Part shown: positions 19,161-28,452 of the stretch, piece after piece
How positions within the stretch are numbered: position 1 is the first letter of the stretch
How the letters are laid out: the number at the start of each line of letters is the position of its first letter
From: a virus
Lineage: Duplodnaviria > Caudoviricetes
Virus record (IMG/VR): IMGVR_UViG_3300035663_000005
Span: 1 to 64,000 of that record
DNA length: 64,000 bases
Direction: 5' to 3' (one strand)
Made by a program: the position numbers and the translations under genes
Notes under the pieces: generated by a model
What the model saw: only the letters and a program-made list of their open reading frames with translations
What the model was told of the DNA's origin: nothing
The model's database searches: none

Positions 19161-20563
19161 ACTAAAGCCTTTCTATATTTCTCTGAAGGCATATTGTTCA
19201 GAGATTCAATTTCATCTGCATTTAAAAATTTAGGAGTTAAACATGCTCCTGTCATCAGACCTAGTATGTAGTTGTTGATTGACTGCATTTCGTTTGGAAA
19301 TACGGCAGCATCAGGAAAAAGTGGAGAGTTTGCTGTTTCATTTTCTTCTGTATCAACAAACGATTCAACATGATTACTTAACCACCTTTTACATCTACTG
19401 TTAATTCGCTCCGTAGTTTCAAACGCTTCTTGTGCATCCTTAGCCGTAACAATAAGTCCATGATTTTCAAGAAAAAACACACTCTTATCTGTGGAAATTT
19501 TAGACATCAAACAAGAGCCAGGCTTAACATATTCCACATACTCGTATGTCATATCAGAAAATAAATTAGCAATCAAGGACTTGCCTTCTTTGCTGCATAA
19601 AATTGCATTCAAGTGAATTGGGTGTGTATGAATCACCACTCGGTCTGCTAGCAAAGCATGAAATCCAGTTTCCATAGATGGTCTATACTCGCCTGTTTTG
19701 TTTGAACTTCGAACCCAATCGGTGTACTCGTCTTCGGTTTGAAATTCATTTGGTATAGATTTATTAAAGTTGCACACGCAAAATCCGTGATGTAGATTGA
19801 CATCAGCCATTTTAGCGCCAGATGCTTTAATAAGTAAGCCGCTATCAGACTTCACGGAAACATTACCTCCTCTACCTTGAACTAATGCAGGATCGAGAGA
19901 TAACCATTTACAGATGCTCATAAAGTCCATCATGGAATCGTAGAACTCTTTAACAGTTTCCAACAACTCCACTCCTCTACCGTTAACAGAAACATAGTCT
20001 AAAGAAATAGAAGCATTTCGGTTGCGAGTAAACTTGATAACGATATCTGCTTCTTTCTTTTGAACTGTTATGAAGCGATCTTCATCAATCTTTCTACGCT
20101 TCATCATCTCTACTACTTGCTTCTCGGTGTATCCTCTTTTTTTAGTATCTCTTTTAATTTTCCACTCGGTTTTTAGAGTTTCATCTGTATCAACGAAAAT
20201 TTTAAGAGTTGCCATATCTGCGGTTGGTCTGTGATACAACGCATGAAGACCCTCGTACACAACCCAAGGTCTTGGAGAAATCATTGCCGCAGAATCAAAC
20301 TTACCAGTATCGTGATTATAAATCTTTCGGTTTATAGAGTTTCCGTTGGACAATTCCAACAAATGACCATACCCCATTTCAAGATCATTTGATTGAGGAT
20401 CTAGGTGAGTTTTGATTTTCCACATGGGATCATTTCTTTCCCATCGGTGCAGATCATCTCCACTAAGACATAAACATTCTTTAGTTCCAAGAATAGACTG
20501 TATCAGTTTTGAAACAGTAGTTTTACCTACCCCCGAACTACCAGAAATACAAATCAATTTCAT
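19157..20563 (-). CDS. PRK/uridine-kinase-like P-loop kinase fused to class II aldolase
   Basis: GSSGVGKTT, GDDLHRWER, YNHDTG, EGLH; then GGNVS, PSMETGFH, HTH, LENHG. Confidence 0.85.
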   Translation of the reverse strand: MKLICISGSSGVGKTTVSKLIQSILGTKECLCLSGDDLHRWERNDPMWKIKTHLDPQSNDLEMGYGHLLELSNGNSINRKIYNHDTGKFDSAAMISPRPWVVYEGLHALYHRPTADMATLKIFVDTDETLKTEWKIKRDTKKRGYTEKQVVEMMKRRKIDEDRFITVQKKEADIVIKFTRNRNASISLDYVSVNGRGVELLETVKEFYDSMMDFMSICKWLSLDPALVQGRGGNVSVKSDSGLLIKASGAKMADVNLHHGFCVCNFNKSIPNEFQTEDEYTDWVRSSNKTGEYRPSMETGFHALLADRVVIHTHPIHLNAILCSKEGKSLIANLFSDMTYEYVEYVKPGSCLMSKISTDKSVFFLENHGLIVTAKDAQEAFETTERINSRCKRWLSNHVESFVDTEENETANSPLFPDAAVFPNEMQSINNYILGLMTGACLTPKFLNADEIESLNNMPSEKYRKALV

Positions 20564-21486
20564 AACATTCCTGCAATACTTAAAATTTGTTTCAATGAAC
20601 TTTCAATTTTATCAAAAGACACAATTATATCATCCATTGATGCTACTGGCCCAACAGAGTGAAAATCAATGTATTCATTTGTTTTTAGTCGTTTCAAATC
20701 AACAAAAGAATAGTTCGTACCATCCCAATTACATCTGTCTATTCTGTTCCACAAATAAGGATTAGCATTAACAACGGGAAAATTTGAACCAAGAAAATTA
20801 ACCTTGTTAGTTCTAATGGCATTCCACAACATAGTGGATGAATAACTTTCATCCGCACACCAAAAAGGTTCCATAGAATGTTTACTTCCTAGAAAGTTCA
20901 TACTATTTGCTATTTGTTTTGGAGACATTGACATATATTCTTCAGATATGTTTCTTCCATATATCTTTTGAGAAACTATACTGTTAACATAATCTATAAA
21001 ATCAATAGAACCACATTTGTAAACAGAATCAAAAATCTTTCCTTTTGCTAAATGATAATAAGCCGGAAGATTTTGTCCTCCCGTCAATTCGCTACCATTA
21101 GTTTCAAAATAAGCAGAAGGATTGTGTCTAGTTTGATGTCTACACGCTAAATGAACATAAGAGTCATCTGAAATTTGCGTTATTGTAGATTCAAAATATT
21201 TTTTTTGTAGTGGAAAAAGGTCAATATCTCCTATCAACCATGTTGTATCTGGTTCTGTGCTTGTGTGATAAAATTTACTCCAAGTCATTTGAAGAGATTT
21301 TATTGCATGTTCTGAATATTTCATTTCAATAACTTCACCATGAGTATCAGTAACATTAGTATTTTTAACTTCTCCCCAAAGTAGTAAAACAGGAGTTACT
21401 CCAAGTTTACTCCAAACCTTTGATTGATAGTTCCAAAAAGGACTATATTTTTCAGAAGAAGAAAAAACAATCTTATCAATCTTCAT
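20560..21486 (-). CDS. Putative glycosyltransferase
   Basis: GDID (DxD), P.YYH.AKG, W.ADE; paralog of next gene. Confidence 0.55.
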   Translation of the reverse strand: MKIDKIVFSSSEKYSPFWNYQSKVWSKLGVTPVLLLWGEVKNTNVTDTHGEVIEMKYSEHAIKSLQMTWSKFYHTSTEPDTTWLIGDIDLFPLQKKYFESTITQISDDSYVHLACRHQTRHNPSAYFETNGSELTGGQNLPAYYHLAKGKIFDSVYKCGSIDFIDYVNSIVSQKIYGRNISEEYMSMSPKQIANSMNFLGSKHSMEPFWCADESYSSTMLWNAIRTNKVNFLGSNFPVVNANPYLWNRIDRCNWDGTNYSFVDLKRLKTNEYIDFHSVGPVASMDDIIVSFDKIESSLKQILSIAGML

Positions 21487-22391
21487 ATCATGCCTGCTTT
21501 CTCTAAAATTTTCATCATGGCCTTTTCTTGCTCGTGATAGGGGCGATGGCAATGGAGATCCATGTATCCTTTATTGCGAAGTTTAACCTCGTCATAAATG
21601 TAATCTTCACCTGTCCATTGTTTAATCCATTTTCCGTTTGAATCCACCAATCTTCCCACTCGGTCAATTTTTTGTTCCCACATATGGTACTCTTTTCCAA
21701 AAAAATCTTTTATATACCCCCGGCGTAAACCATACCATATTTGTTCTGTTGTATAACTTTCTTCTGCAACCCAGTAATTTCCGTGTATTTCTTTACTCAA
21801 CATACGCAAATGTTCTTCAGAGCGCATTCCATATTGAGGAGAATCTATAATGTAGCGTAAAACATCTTCAAAAGATTTTTTATTAAAAAACAAATCTCTA
21901 AAAAGTTTTCCTTTTGCTACATGATAGTGACCTGGAAAATCATACCCCCCATTAACACAAGCACCAACTTTAAAAAATGAATCTGGAGATAAACCAGGCA
22001 TTCCATCAGTTCTAGTAGTTTTACGCATTTGAGCAGTTAGCGTATAATTTAAATGTGCGTAACCATCATCAGAAACACTAGGTAAATCATTTAAAAAATA
22101 CTCTGTTTGTAGTGGAATTTGATCTATGTCACCAATAATCCATGTAGTTTCAGGCTCTGTTATTGGATGATAAAATTTATAAAACTGAATTTGAATTATA
22201 TCTGGTAAAGTTTTATCAAATTTTCTTTCAATTACTTCACCATATTTTTCAGATAAATTACAATTTTTTTTATCACCAAATAAAATACAAACAGGTTCTA
22301 CATCAAATTTAGTTTTCCAAACCTCTGATTGTATGTTCCAAAATGGGCTAAATGTTTCAGAACAACTAAAAATAACTTTATCAATTTTCAT
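21483..22391 (-). CDS. Putative glycosyltransferase
   Basis: MKIDKVIFS start, GDIDQ, PGHYHVAKG, IDR, DLHCHRP. Confidence 0.55.
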   Translation of the reverse strand: MKIDKVIFSCSETFSPFWNIQSEVWKTKFDVEPVCILFGDKKNCNLSEKYGEVIERKFDKTLPDIIQIQFYKFYHPITEPETTWIIGDIDQIPLQTEYFLNDLPSVSDDGYAHLNYTLTAQMRKTTRTDGMPGLSPDSFFKVGACVNGGYDFPGHYHVAKGKLFRDLFFNKKSFEDVLRYIIDSPQYGMRSEEHLRMLSKEIHGNYWVAEESYTTEQIWYGLRRGYIKDFFGKEYHMWEQKIDRVGRLVDSNGKWIKQWTGEDYIYDEVKLRNKGYMDLHCHRPYHEQEKAMMKILEKAGMI

Positions 22392-22392
22392 G

Positions 22393-22992
22393 TTAATTTG
22401 TTTCTTTTGCTTCTCTAATTTTTTTTATTATTTCTTGGTAGTTAACAAATTTTGGATTTATATACCAATCCTCAAATGGCCATCCTGCGTGAAGATTGTT
22501 TAAGGTGGCTCGATGACCAGCATTATCAACAATACGAACATAGCCACATGAACTCAAAAGCATAAATGTATTCATCTTTAATTCATAAACTCCAGGATTT
22601 TGACTGTATATACTGTGTTCTATAGTAGCAACTTTAAAAGAATATTCCGATTCGATAAAAGATTTAACAGCATCAAAATCTGGACCGTCAATATCAATTG
22701 ATAAGTAATCTACTATTTTTGGAACTTTATGTTTTTCAAGAATATTTCCTAATTTTTGTGTTCCATTATTTCCATCCCCAACAAACGCTTGTTCAAAAGA
22801 ACAAGTTCTGTTAAAAAATCTACTTTTGTCTGCATCAACAACTAACCCTTTCCATCCTAGTTCTTCAAATAAAAGACTGTTACTTTCAGTTTTTAAATCT
22901 GCACATCCACCACCAACATCAACAAAATATCCTTGTTGTTGATTATTTAAAACTAAATTAACAAAATCATCTTGAGACGCTTGAGAATACAT
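22393..22992 (-). CDS. FkbM-like methyltransferase
   Basis: YSQ..QD, FVDVG, SNS...E..GW.G, DYLSIDIDG, EDWY. Confidence 0.8.
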   Translation of the reverse strand: MYSQASQDDFVNLVLNNQQQGYFVDVGGGCADLKTESNSLLFEELGWKGLVVDADKSRFFNRTCSFEQAFVGDGNNGTQKLGNILEKHKVPKIVDYLSIDIDGPDFDAVKSFIESEYSFKVATIEHSIYSQNPGVYELKMNTFMLLSSCGYVRIVDNAGHRATLNNLHAGWPFEDWYINPKFVNYQEIIKKIREAKETN

Positions 22993-22994
22993 TT

Positions 22995-23873
22995 TTAACT
23001 CCTTATTAATTTTGATAGTGAAGAAATAACGCTTCTTTTGTACGGTTCTGGAATATTCTGAACACACGCATCGTCAATAAGGTGTATGTTGTTTACATCT
23101 CCGCCATGTTGATATGCAAAATCTTTAACTGCCCAAACTTTGTTTGAATCCATGAACATCGTAGACCCCAACCATCTTATACAATGGTCTCCCCACCTTT
23201 TGTAAAAGATGTTGTTGGTGTTTTCCAAATATTTGAAATAATTTTGATAATTTTCAGAACGATAGAAATCCATATCAACAATTTCAAAATTTGTATTATA
23301 AACTTCTAAATTCCAATCAAAGTTTTTATTTGTTAGTTTTTTATAATTTTCTTCCATAAACTTTTTGGTAGTTTCCCACAATCCTTCACAAGCCCAAGGA
23401 GCATCATATCCTATATTTTCCATATGCGCGTATTGATACTCATTTTCTCTCATGGTAACAAAAGGATCTTTAGTAATTTTTGTTAAAATAAAAGAATCAG
23501 AATCCAATCTCATGTACCACTTATATTTTTCTAGAGAAGGATGATTGAAAATTTGACCGCCATAAAAACGGCACATATGTCTGTAACCCATTCTAAACTG
23601 ATCTAGTGATGGACTGTATAAACTTGGGTCTGAAGAAATTCTTTCTGGCAAAATAAATTCTAGTTTTTCAAACTTTATACTCGGCATAAATCCTAGAGAC
23701 AAATTTATTTCTGTTAAAAGATTTGTTATGTCTATTTTTGTTAAATCATCATAAAAAACTATAACAGGATAATTTGCTTCTCTGTTAAAATTTTTATATA
23801 AAAAATTTATACTGTGTTTAAAAACCCACAGGTCATTTTTTCGTGTCATGTATACGATTGCAGCATTTTCCAT
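22995..23873 (-). CDS. GT15 (Kre2/Mnt1-like) glycosyltransferase
   Basis: GYRHMCRF, WYMRLDSDS, DPF..M, YNTNFEI, FYKRWGD. Confidence 0.8.
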   Translation of the reverse strand: MENAAIVYMTRKNDLWVFKHSINFLYKNFNREANYPVIVFYDDLTKIDITNLLTEINLSLGFMPSIKFEKLEFILPERISSDPSLYSPSLDQFRMGYRHMCRFYGGQIFNHPSLEKYKWYMRLDSDSFILTKITKDPFVTMRENEYQYAHMENIGYDAPWACEGLWETTKKFMEENYKKLTNKNFDWNLEVYNTNFEIVDMDFYRSENYQNYFKYLENTNNIFYKRWGDHCIRWLGSTMFMDSNKVWAVKDFAYQHGGDVNNIHLIDDACVQNIPEPYKRSVISSLSKLIRS

Positions 23874-23891
23874 AATATAATTCCTCGTTTA

Positions 23892-24626
23892 TTATTTCCA
23901 CCAATCCAACTTATAATCAAACGCATTTAAATTATTAGGTGTGTCTATAATTGATGGATATTCAGAATAATCTATCTCATCAGTTGAAATTCCTAAAGAT
24001 TTGTTTATATAACAGCATTCTACAACTGCTGGAATTTTAGTACCGCCATAATTGGGTATATCATAATTATTCCCATGAATGTGAACTAGGTGATGGGTGT
24101 TTTTAATAGAAACAAGAACATCATATATTGAGAGTAAATTACGACTTCTATAATACTCATTGTTCAAATGATATTCGACAACCAACATATTCATTTTAGA
24201 CTTATGCGAATCGCTCATATTTCGCAAAACTTCCCATTCTCCACCTTCTATATCCATTTTTAGAAAATATGATTCGGTAGGTATAATTGAATCTATATTA
24301 TTTCCATCAACATTGGTACGATGATAATTTAAATTTAAACTTAAATTTTTAGACCCGCCAATAGGAATATCTTTTAATTCTGGCAAATGATTGAAATCTG
24401 GTTCTGCATCAAAACATTCAGTTTTTTTGCCTATACTAGCCAGATGTTTTTCTACATCAATATTACCTCCCGCACCAAAGCATAAACAAAATTTTGTATT
24501 TGCTAACACCTCATTAATTATTACATAACCACCATCATTTCCGGCTCCTATTCTTCTTTTAGTTCCGGTGCATTTATTTGGTGTTAAAACTTTATGCATC
24601 ATTTGTATTGCTGAAATATTATTCAT
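23892..24626 (-). CDS. FkbM/Methyltransf_22-like methyltransferase
   Basis: RIG..NDGGY, LKMDIEGGEW, VEYH, HIHGNN. Confidence 0.8.
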   Translation of the reverse strand: MNNISAIQMMHKVLTPNKCTGTKRRIGAGNDGGYVIINEVLANTKFCLCFGAGGNIDVEKHLASIGKKTECFDAEPDFNHLPELKDIPIGGSKNLSLNLNYHRTNVDGNNIDSIIPTESYFLKMDIEGGEWEVLRNMSDSHKSKMNMLVVEYHLNNEYYRSRNLLSIYDVLVSIKNTHHLVHIHGNNYDIPNYGGTKIPAVVECCYINKSLGISTDEIDYSEYPSIIDTPNNLNAFDYKLDWWK

Positions 24627-24629
24627 AAT

Positions 24630-25589
24630 TTATTCCCCCCAATTCAACCAATCGGGGCCACCTGCTCTATATCTATTCAAACCAAAAGTGATTCTTTCTA
24701 GACGACTGTAACGATGTTGAAGATTTCCATCAACCAAGTTCATAATCTTCTCGGGAATTTCCTTGTTGGGCAAAGCACTCATGTTGCGTATCCAAGCATT
24801 GTGCTGATAGGTGATATCGCTCACCGCCCAAACCTTGCTTGGGTCTAACAACATCTTTACACCTAGCCAATGGATTGGAGCATCGCCCCATCTCTTATAG
24901 AAGATGTTGCCTGTCTGATCCAACTGGTCAAAGTATGCCATATACTTTTCGCTTCTAAAGAAAGAGAACTTGGCAATTTCAAAGTTTGTGTAGAACAACC
25001 GACAACTCCACTTTCCGTCAACCATGCTGTCTTCAAGGTCTTTAGTCATCGGAATGTTGTGAGCCTTCATAAATCGCTCAGTTTCATCCCAAAGTCCTTC
25101 AGCAACGCTTGGAACTTCTCCATCTTCGGTTGCCATGAAAGCATATTCTTTATCATTCTTTGCCATGTATTCAAATGGATCGTAATTGATTGGCGAATAG
25201 ATGTAAGAATCAGAATCCAATCTCCAATAGTAATCATACTTCAGCAGGCGAGGATCGCGGTAAATACCACCTGAATGATAACGGCACATGTGGCGATATC
25301 CCATCCAAGCCTGATCCAAAGGAACAGTATACTTTGCTGGATCTTCCGAAACCCATTCGGGCATTACGAAATCCAAATGTTCAAACTTCAAATTTGGAAT
25401 GAATCCCAAGTTCTTGTGAAGTTCAACCATTAGATTGGAAATAGTTCCCTTGTCTATATCGTCGTGGAAAACAACGATTGGATATTCTTGAATATGCTTG
25501 AAATTCCATCCAAGCATACTAAGACTGCGATACAAAAGAGGAACATCCCTCATGCGTGACATATAAATTATTGCAGCATTTTCTGCCAT
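24630..25589 (-). CDS. GT15 (Kre2/Mnt1-like) glycosyltransferase
   Basis: GYRHMCRY, YDYYWRLDSDS, YDPF.YM, FYTNFEI, FYKRWGDAPIH. Confidence 0.85.
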   Translation of the reverse strand: MAENAAIIYMSRMRDVPLLYRSLSMLGWNFKHIQEYPIVVFHDDIDKGTISNLMVELHKNLGFIPNLKFEHLDFVMPEWVSEDPAKYTVPLDQAWMGYRHMCRYHSGGIYRDPRLLKYDYYWRLDSDSYIYSPINYDPFEYMAKNDKEYAFMATEDGEVPSVAEGLWDETERFMKAHNIPMTKDLEDSMVDGKWSCRLFYTNFEIAKFSFFRSEKYMAYFDQLDQTGNIFYKRWGDAPIHWLGVKMLLDPSKVWAVSDITYQHNAWIRNMSALPNKEIPEKIMNLVDGNLQHRYSRLERITFGLNRYRAGGPDWLNWGE

Positions 25590-25590
25590 C

Positions 25591-26376
25591 TTATTTCCTC
25601 ATGTTGAAAAGTTTTTCGTAGGTCAATTTCACACCTGCTTCAAGACCATAAATATTTATTTCTGGTAGATTACTTTCCCCGCAGTAAAACTCCAAGTTTG
25701 TTGGATTTTGAACAATGATAGGAACAGTATGATGTCCCATAAAATTTATGAGTCTGGCTATGTTCTTCAGAGTGTGTTTTTGTTCATAGGAGCAGTTAAC
25801 TTCTTTGCTTGGATTTAAGTCGTTGATGTAGAATTCCACCAACGATATCAAATCTTTCATGTAGAAAAAATCCATGATTCTATTGGTGTGTATCTGTATT
25901 GATTCGTGATTCAAGTAACGACTTATACTTGCTCGTATGAAACGAGTTTCAAGTTCATTTTCATCAAACACTCCAAATATTCTTATGTTGTAAAACTGCT
26001 CGGTGTCTTGTATAGACTTTGCTATTTCTGTTTTGCTTAGGCTGTATTGGGTTTGATGAAAGAATTCCGCACCAGACCCAAAGTGTATTAGTCTTCCAAA
26101 CCTACCTCTGTTTGCAAGCATATTACGATACATTTTCAGGTTTTGATCTCGGACATGATGATTATCTGATTTAAGCCTACTACCACCAGTTGCAGCCGCG
26201 TGAATAACCACATCAAAAATTTTACCTGAAAACCAGTTGTTTAGCGCATCAGTATCAGAAAGATCAAAATCTGTTCTAGAAATAGTGGTGACATTATACC
26301 ACGAACAAAGTTCACGATTTAGGCTCTTAGCAATATAACCATTTCCTCCGGTTATCAAAATACTTGGTTTTTTCAT
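25591..26376 (-). CDS. NAD-dependent epimerase/reductase
   Basis: ITGGNGYIA, GSGAE, YSLSK. Confidence 0.85.
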   Translation of the reverse strand: MKKPSILITGGNGYIAKSLNRELCSWYNVTTISRTDFDLSDTDALNNWFSGKIFDVVIHAAATGGSRLKSDNHHVRDQNLKMYRNMLANRGRFGRLIHFGSGAEFFHQTQYSLSKTEIAKSIQDTEQFYNIRIFGVFDENELETRFIRASISRYLNHESIQIHTNRIMDFFYMKDLISLVEFYINDLNPSKEVNCSYEQKHTLKNIARLINFMGHHTVPIIVQNPTNLEFYCGESNLPEINIYGLEAGVKLTYEKLFNMRK

Positions 26377-26849
26377 TTTCGGAGATTTAAATAAGTTGGT
26401 TGAGGATTCATTAAAATTTCAGCAAATTGTTGTACCATATCTTCTACAGTTTCAGGATGCAAAACTCGCAAATTTTCTAGAGTTCTCATTATTCTTTTGT
26501 CATCTTCAGCCCAATGAGAAAATCCCAAGTATCCGTAATCTTTGCCCCTGCCACCACCAATAATATTTACAGGAATATTTTCATGGCTTAGATAATTTCG
26601 TATCATCTCAAAAGGTCTGTAGATTGCAAACGGGCTAATGGAGTATACTAACGGAATCTTTCCATCCATAGCCAGCCCTATAGCCATACCCATCATAGCC
26701 ATTTCGGACGATCCAACATTATAAAACCTGTCCTTGTAATCATCTCGGATTTTGTCCCACAACCCGTAACCCAAATCTCCTGTTATCAGGTAAATTTTTG
26801 AGTTTGCTGCCATCGCACCATGAAGAAGTTCAGCAAATTGCTTTCTCAT
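26373..26849 (-). CDS. Transketolase-like pyrimidine-binding subunit
   Basis: TGDLG, NVG.SE..MMG.A.GLA, RPFE.IR, G.SH. Confidence 0.85.
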   Translation of the reverse strand: MRKQFAELLHGAMAANSKIYLITGDLGYGLWDKIRDDYKDRFYNVGSSEMAMMGMAIGLAMDGKIPLVYSISPFAIYRPFEMIRNYLSHENIPVNIIGGGRGKDYGYLGFSHWAEDDKRIMRTLENLRVLHPETVEDMVQQFAEILMNPQPTYLNLRK

Positions 26850-27466
26850 TTTAACATCTCCAATGCTTGCTTGTAATCGGATTCTTTCATAACATGATAG
26901 TGTGCATTCAGTCCCTTCAGAAAGGGAAACTGTTCAACTGTGGTATAGTGTATCTTAACTTCTGGAAGGAATGCTTTCAACCTCTCTGTTAGGTATTGCT
27001 GATCCACCTCCATGTAAGCAGCATAACCATTCACATTAACATGAACCTCAATATTTTTAATGTTCTGCTCACGAATTGTTTTCAAAGCCTCCCACACGCT
27101 ACCCTCGGCACACTCTCCATCACTCACAAGAACCCAAACCTTTCTCTTTGGATTGGCTACGGCTCTTCCTAATGCAATTGTGATGCCCAAGCCAAGACTT
27201 CCCGTTGAGCAGTAGATTTGATTAGCCTCGTCACGATGTGGATGTCCACCGTGCTTCAAAAACATCTCTTCGGCATTTATACCACGGTGCTTCTGTAGGC
27301 AAGCATATAAAGCAACGGCAGCATGTCCCGAAGACAAGATGAAAATGTCATCCTTGCCCATGTTGCCATACATTTGATCTATAATATCAACAGATGAGAA
27401 GTAACTACCTAAATGACCTAGTTTATGCTTAAATGCTATATCCAATATGATTTTCTTCAGATTCAT
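26846..27466 (-). CDS. Transketolase-like ThDP-binding subunit
   Basis: GHLGS, LS.GH, STGSLG.G, SDGE..EGS.WEA. Confidence 0.85.
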   Translation of the reverse strand: MNLKKIILDIAFKHKLGHLGSYFSSVDIIDQMYGNMGKDDIFILSSGHAAVALYACLQKHRGINAEEMFLKHGGHPHRDEANQIYCSTGSLGLGITIALGRAVANPKRKVWVLVSDGECAEGSVWEALKTIREQNIKNIEVHVNVNGYAAYMEVDQQYLTERLKAFLPEVKIHYTTVEQFPFLKGLNAHYHVMKESDYKQALEMLK

Positions 27467-27470
27467 ATTA

Positions 27471-28421
27471 TTACCAAATAAAATTATTACTGTAGTATTT
27501 GACTATTCTAGGAAGTTCTTCATCAAACTTTTTGACAGGATTCCATCCTAGTTTTCTAAGTTTAGAATCATCTAGAGCGTATCGGACATCTTGTCCAGGT
27601 CTGCTATAAGAAAAGTCTATGTAATCCGAATATTGGTCTTCTCTAATACCCAAACCCTGTAAAATCTTCGCAACAGTTTCCATATTTGATTGTTCAAATC
27701 CGCCGCAAATATTGTATATTTCATTCTTGGTTTCTGATTCAATTATGGTGATGATGGCTCTAGCAGTATCTTCAGCATGTAACCAATTTCGTATTGGAGT
27801 TCCATTGTTGTGTAGAGGAATCTTTCTTCCCAAATGCAAATACTTACAAACCTTAGGTATAAGTTTTTCAACATACTGACCTATACCATAATTATTCGTA
27901 GGTCTAACTATTACATACGGAATCTTGTAAGTTCTTGCCCAAGCCAACACCAACATGTCGGCGGCCGCTTTAGTGGCTGAGTATGGATTTGATGGCTTAA
28001 GTAAATCTTGTTCAGTATGTGCACCATCTGCAATATCTCCGTAAACTTCATCTGTGCTGAAGTGTAAAAAGGTCGGAGTTTTTCCATTCTCTTGCCGATA
28101 GTTCTTAATCAACTCAAGTATGTTGTGAACTCCATTGATGTTTGAACTTACAAAATCATCACTATTGCTTATGGAATTCCCAACATGAGTTTCTGCGGCG
28201 ATGTTTATAATGTAGTCGCAGTCATAAAGAAACTTAAGATCATTAATGTCAGATTGAACGAACGAAAAATTTGGATATTCCAAAAATTCTGTTAAAAGAT
28301 CATCGTTAGCAGCGTAAGTGATTTTATCAACTCCTTTAACCCACCATCCCTTCTCTAGGCATAGTCTAGTCACATAAGAACCTATAAATCCTAAGCATCC
28401 TGTTACATAAACAACTTTCAT
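27471..28421 (-). CDS. NDP-glucose 4,6-dehydratase (RmlB-like)
   Basis: TG..GFIGS, DKITYA, AAETHV, STDEVYG, PYSATKA, RPGQD.RY. Confidence 0.9.
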   Translation of the reverse strand: MKVVYVTGCLGFIGSYVTRLCLEKGWWVKGVDKITYAANDDLLTEFLEYPNFSFVQSDINDLKFLYDCDYIINIAAETHVGNSISNSDDFVSSNINGVHNILELIKNYRQENGKTPTFLHFSTDEVYGDIADGAHTEQDLLKPSNPYSATKAAADMLVLAWARTYKIPYVIVRPTNNYGIGQYVEKLIPKVCKYLHLGRKIPLHNNGTPIRNWLHAEDTARAIITIIESETKNEIYNICGGFEQSNMETVAKILQGLGIREDQYSDYIDFSYSRPGQDVRYALDDSKLRKLGWNPVKKFDEELPRIVKYYSNNFIW

Positions 28422-28452
28422 ATTTGCCTCAATTCTACTTCTGTCATATGAT

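Noticed and set aside
19157-20563. Phosphoribulokinase as a carbon-fixation AMG
   Set aside because: Fused to an aldolase and embedded in a glycan cluster; no Calvin-cycle context
26373-27466. Transketolase as a pentose-phosphate AMG
   Set aside because: Short split subunits lacking the C-terminal domain, flanked by NDP-sugar enzymes
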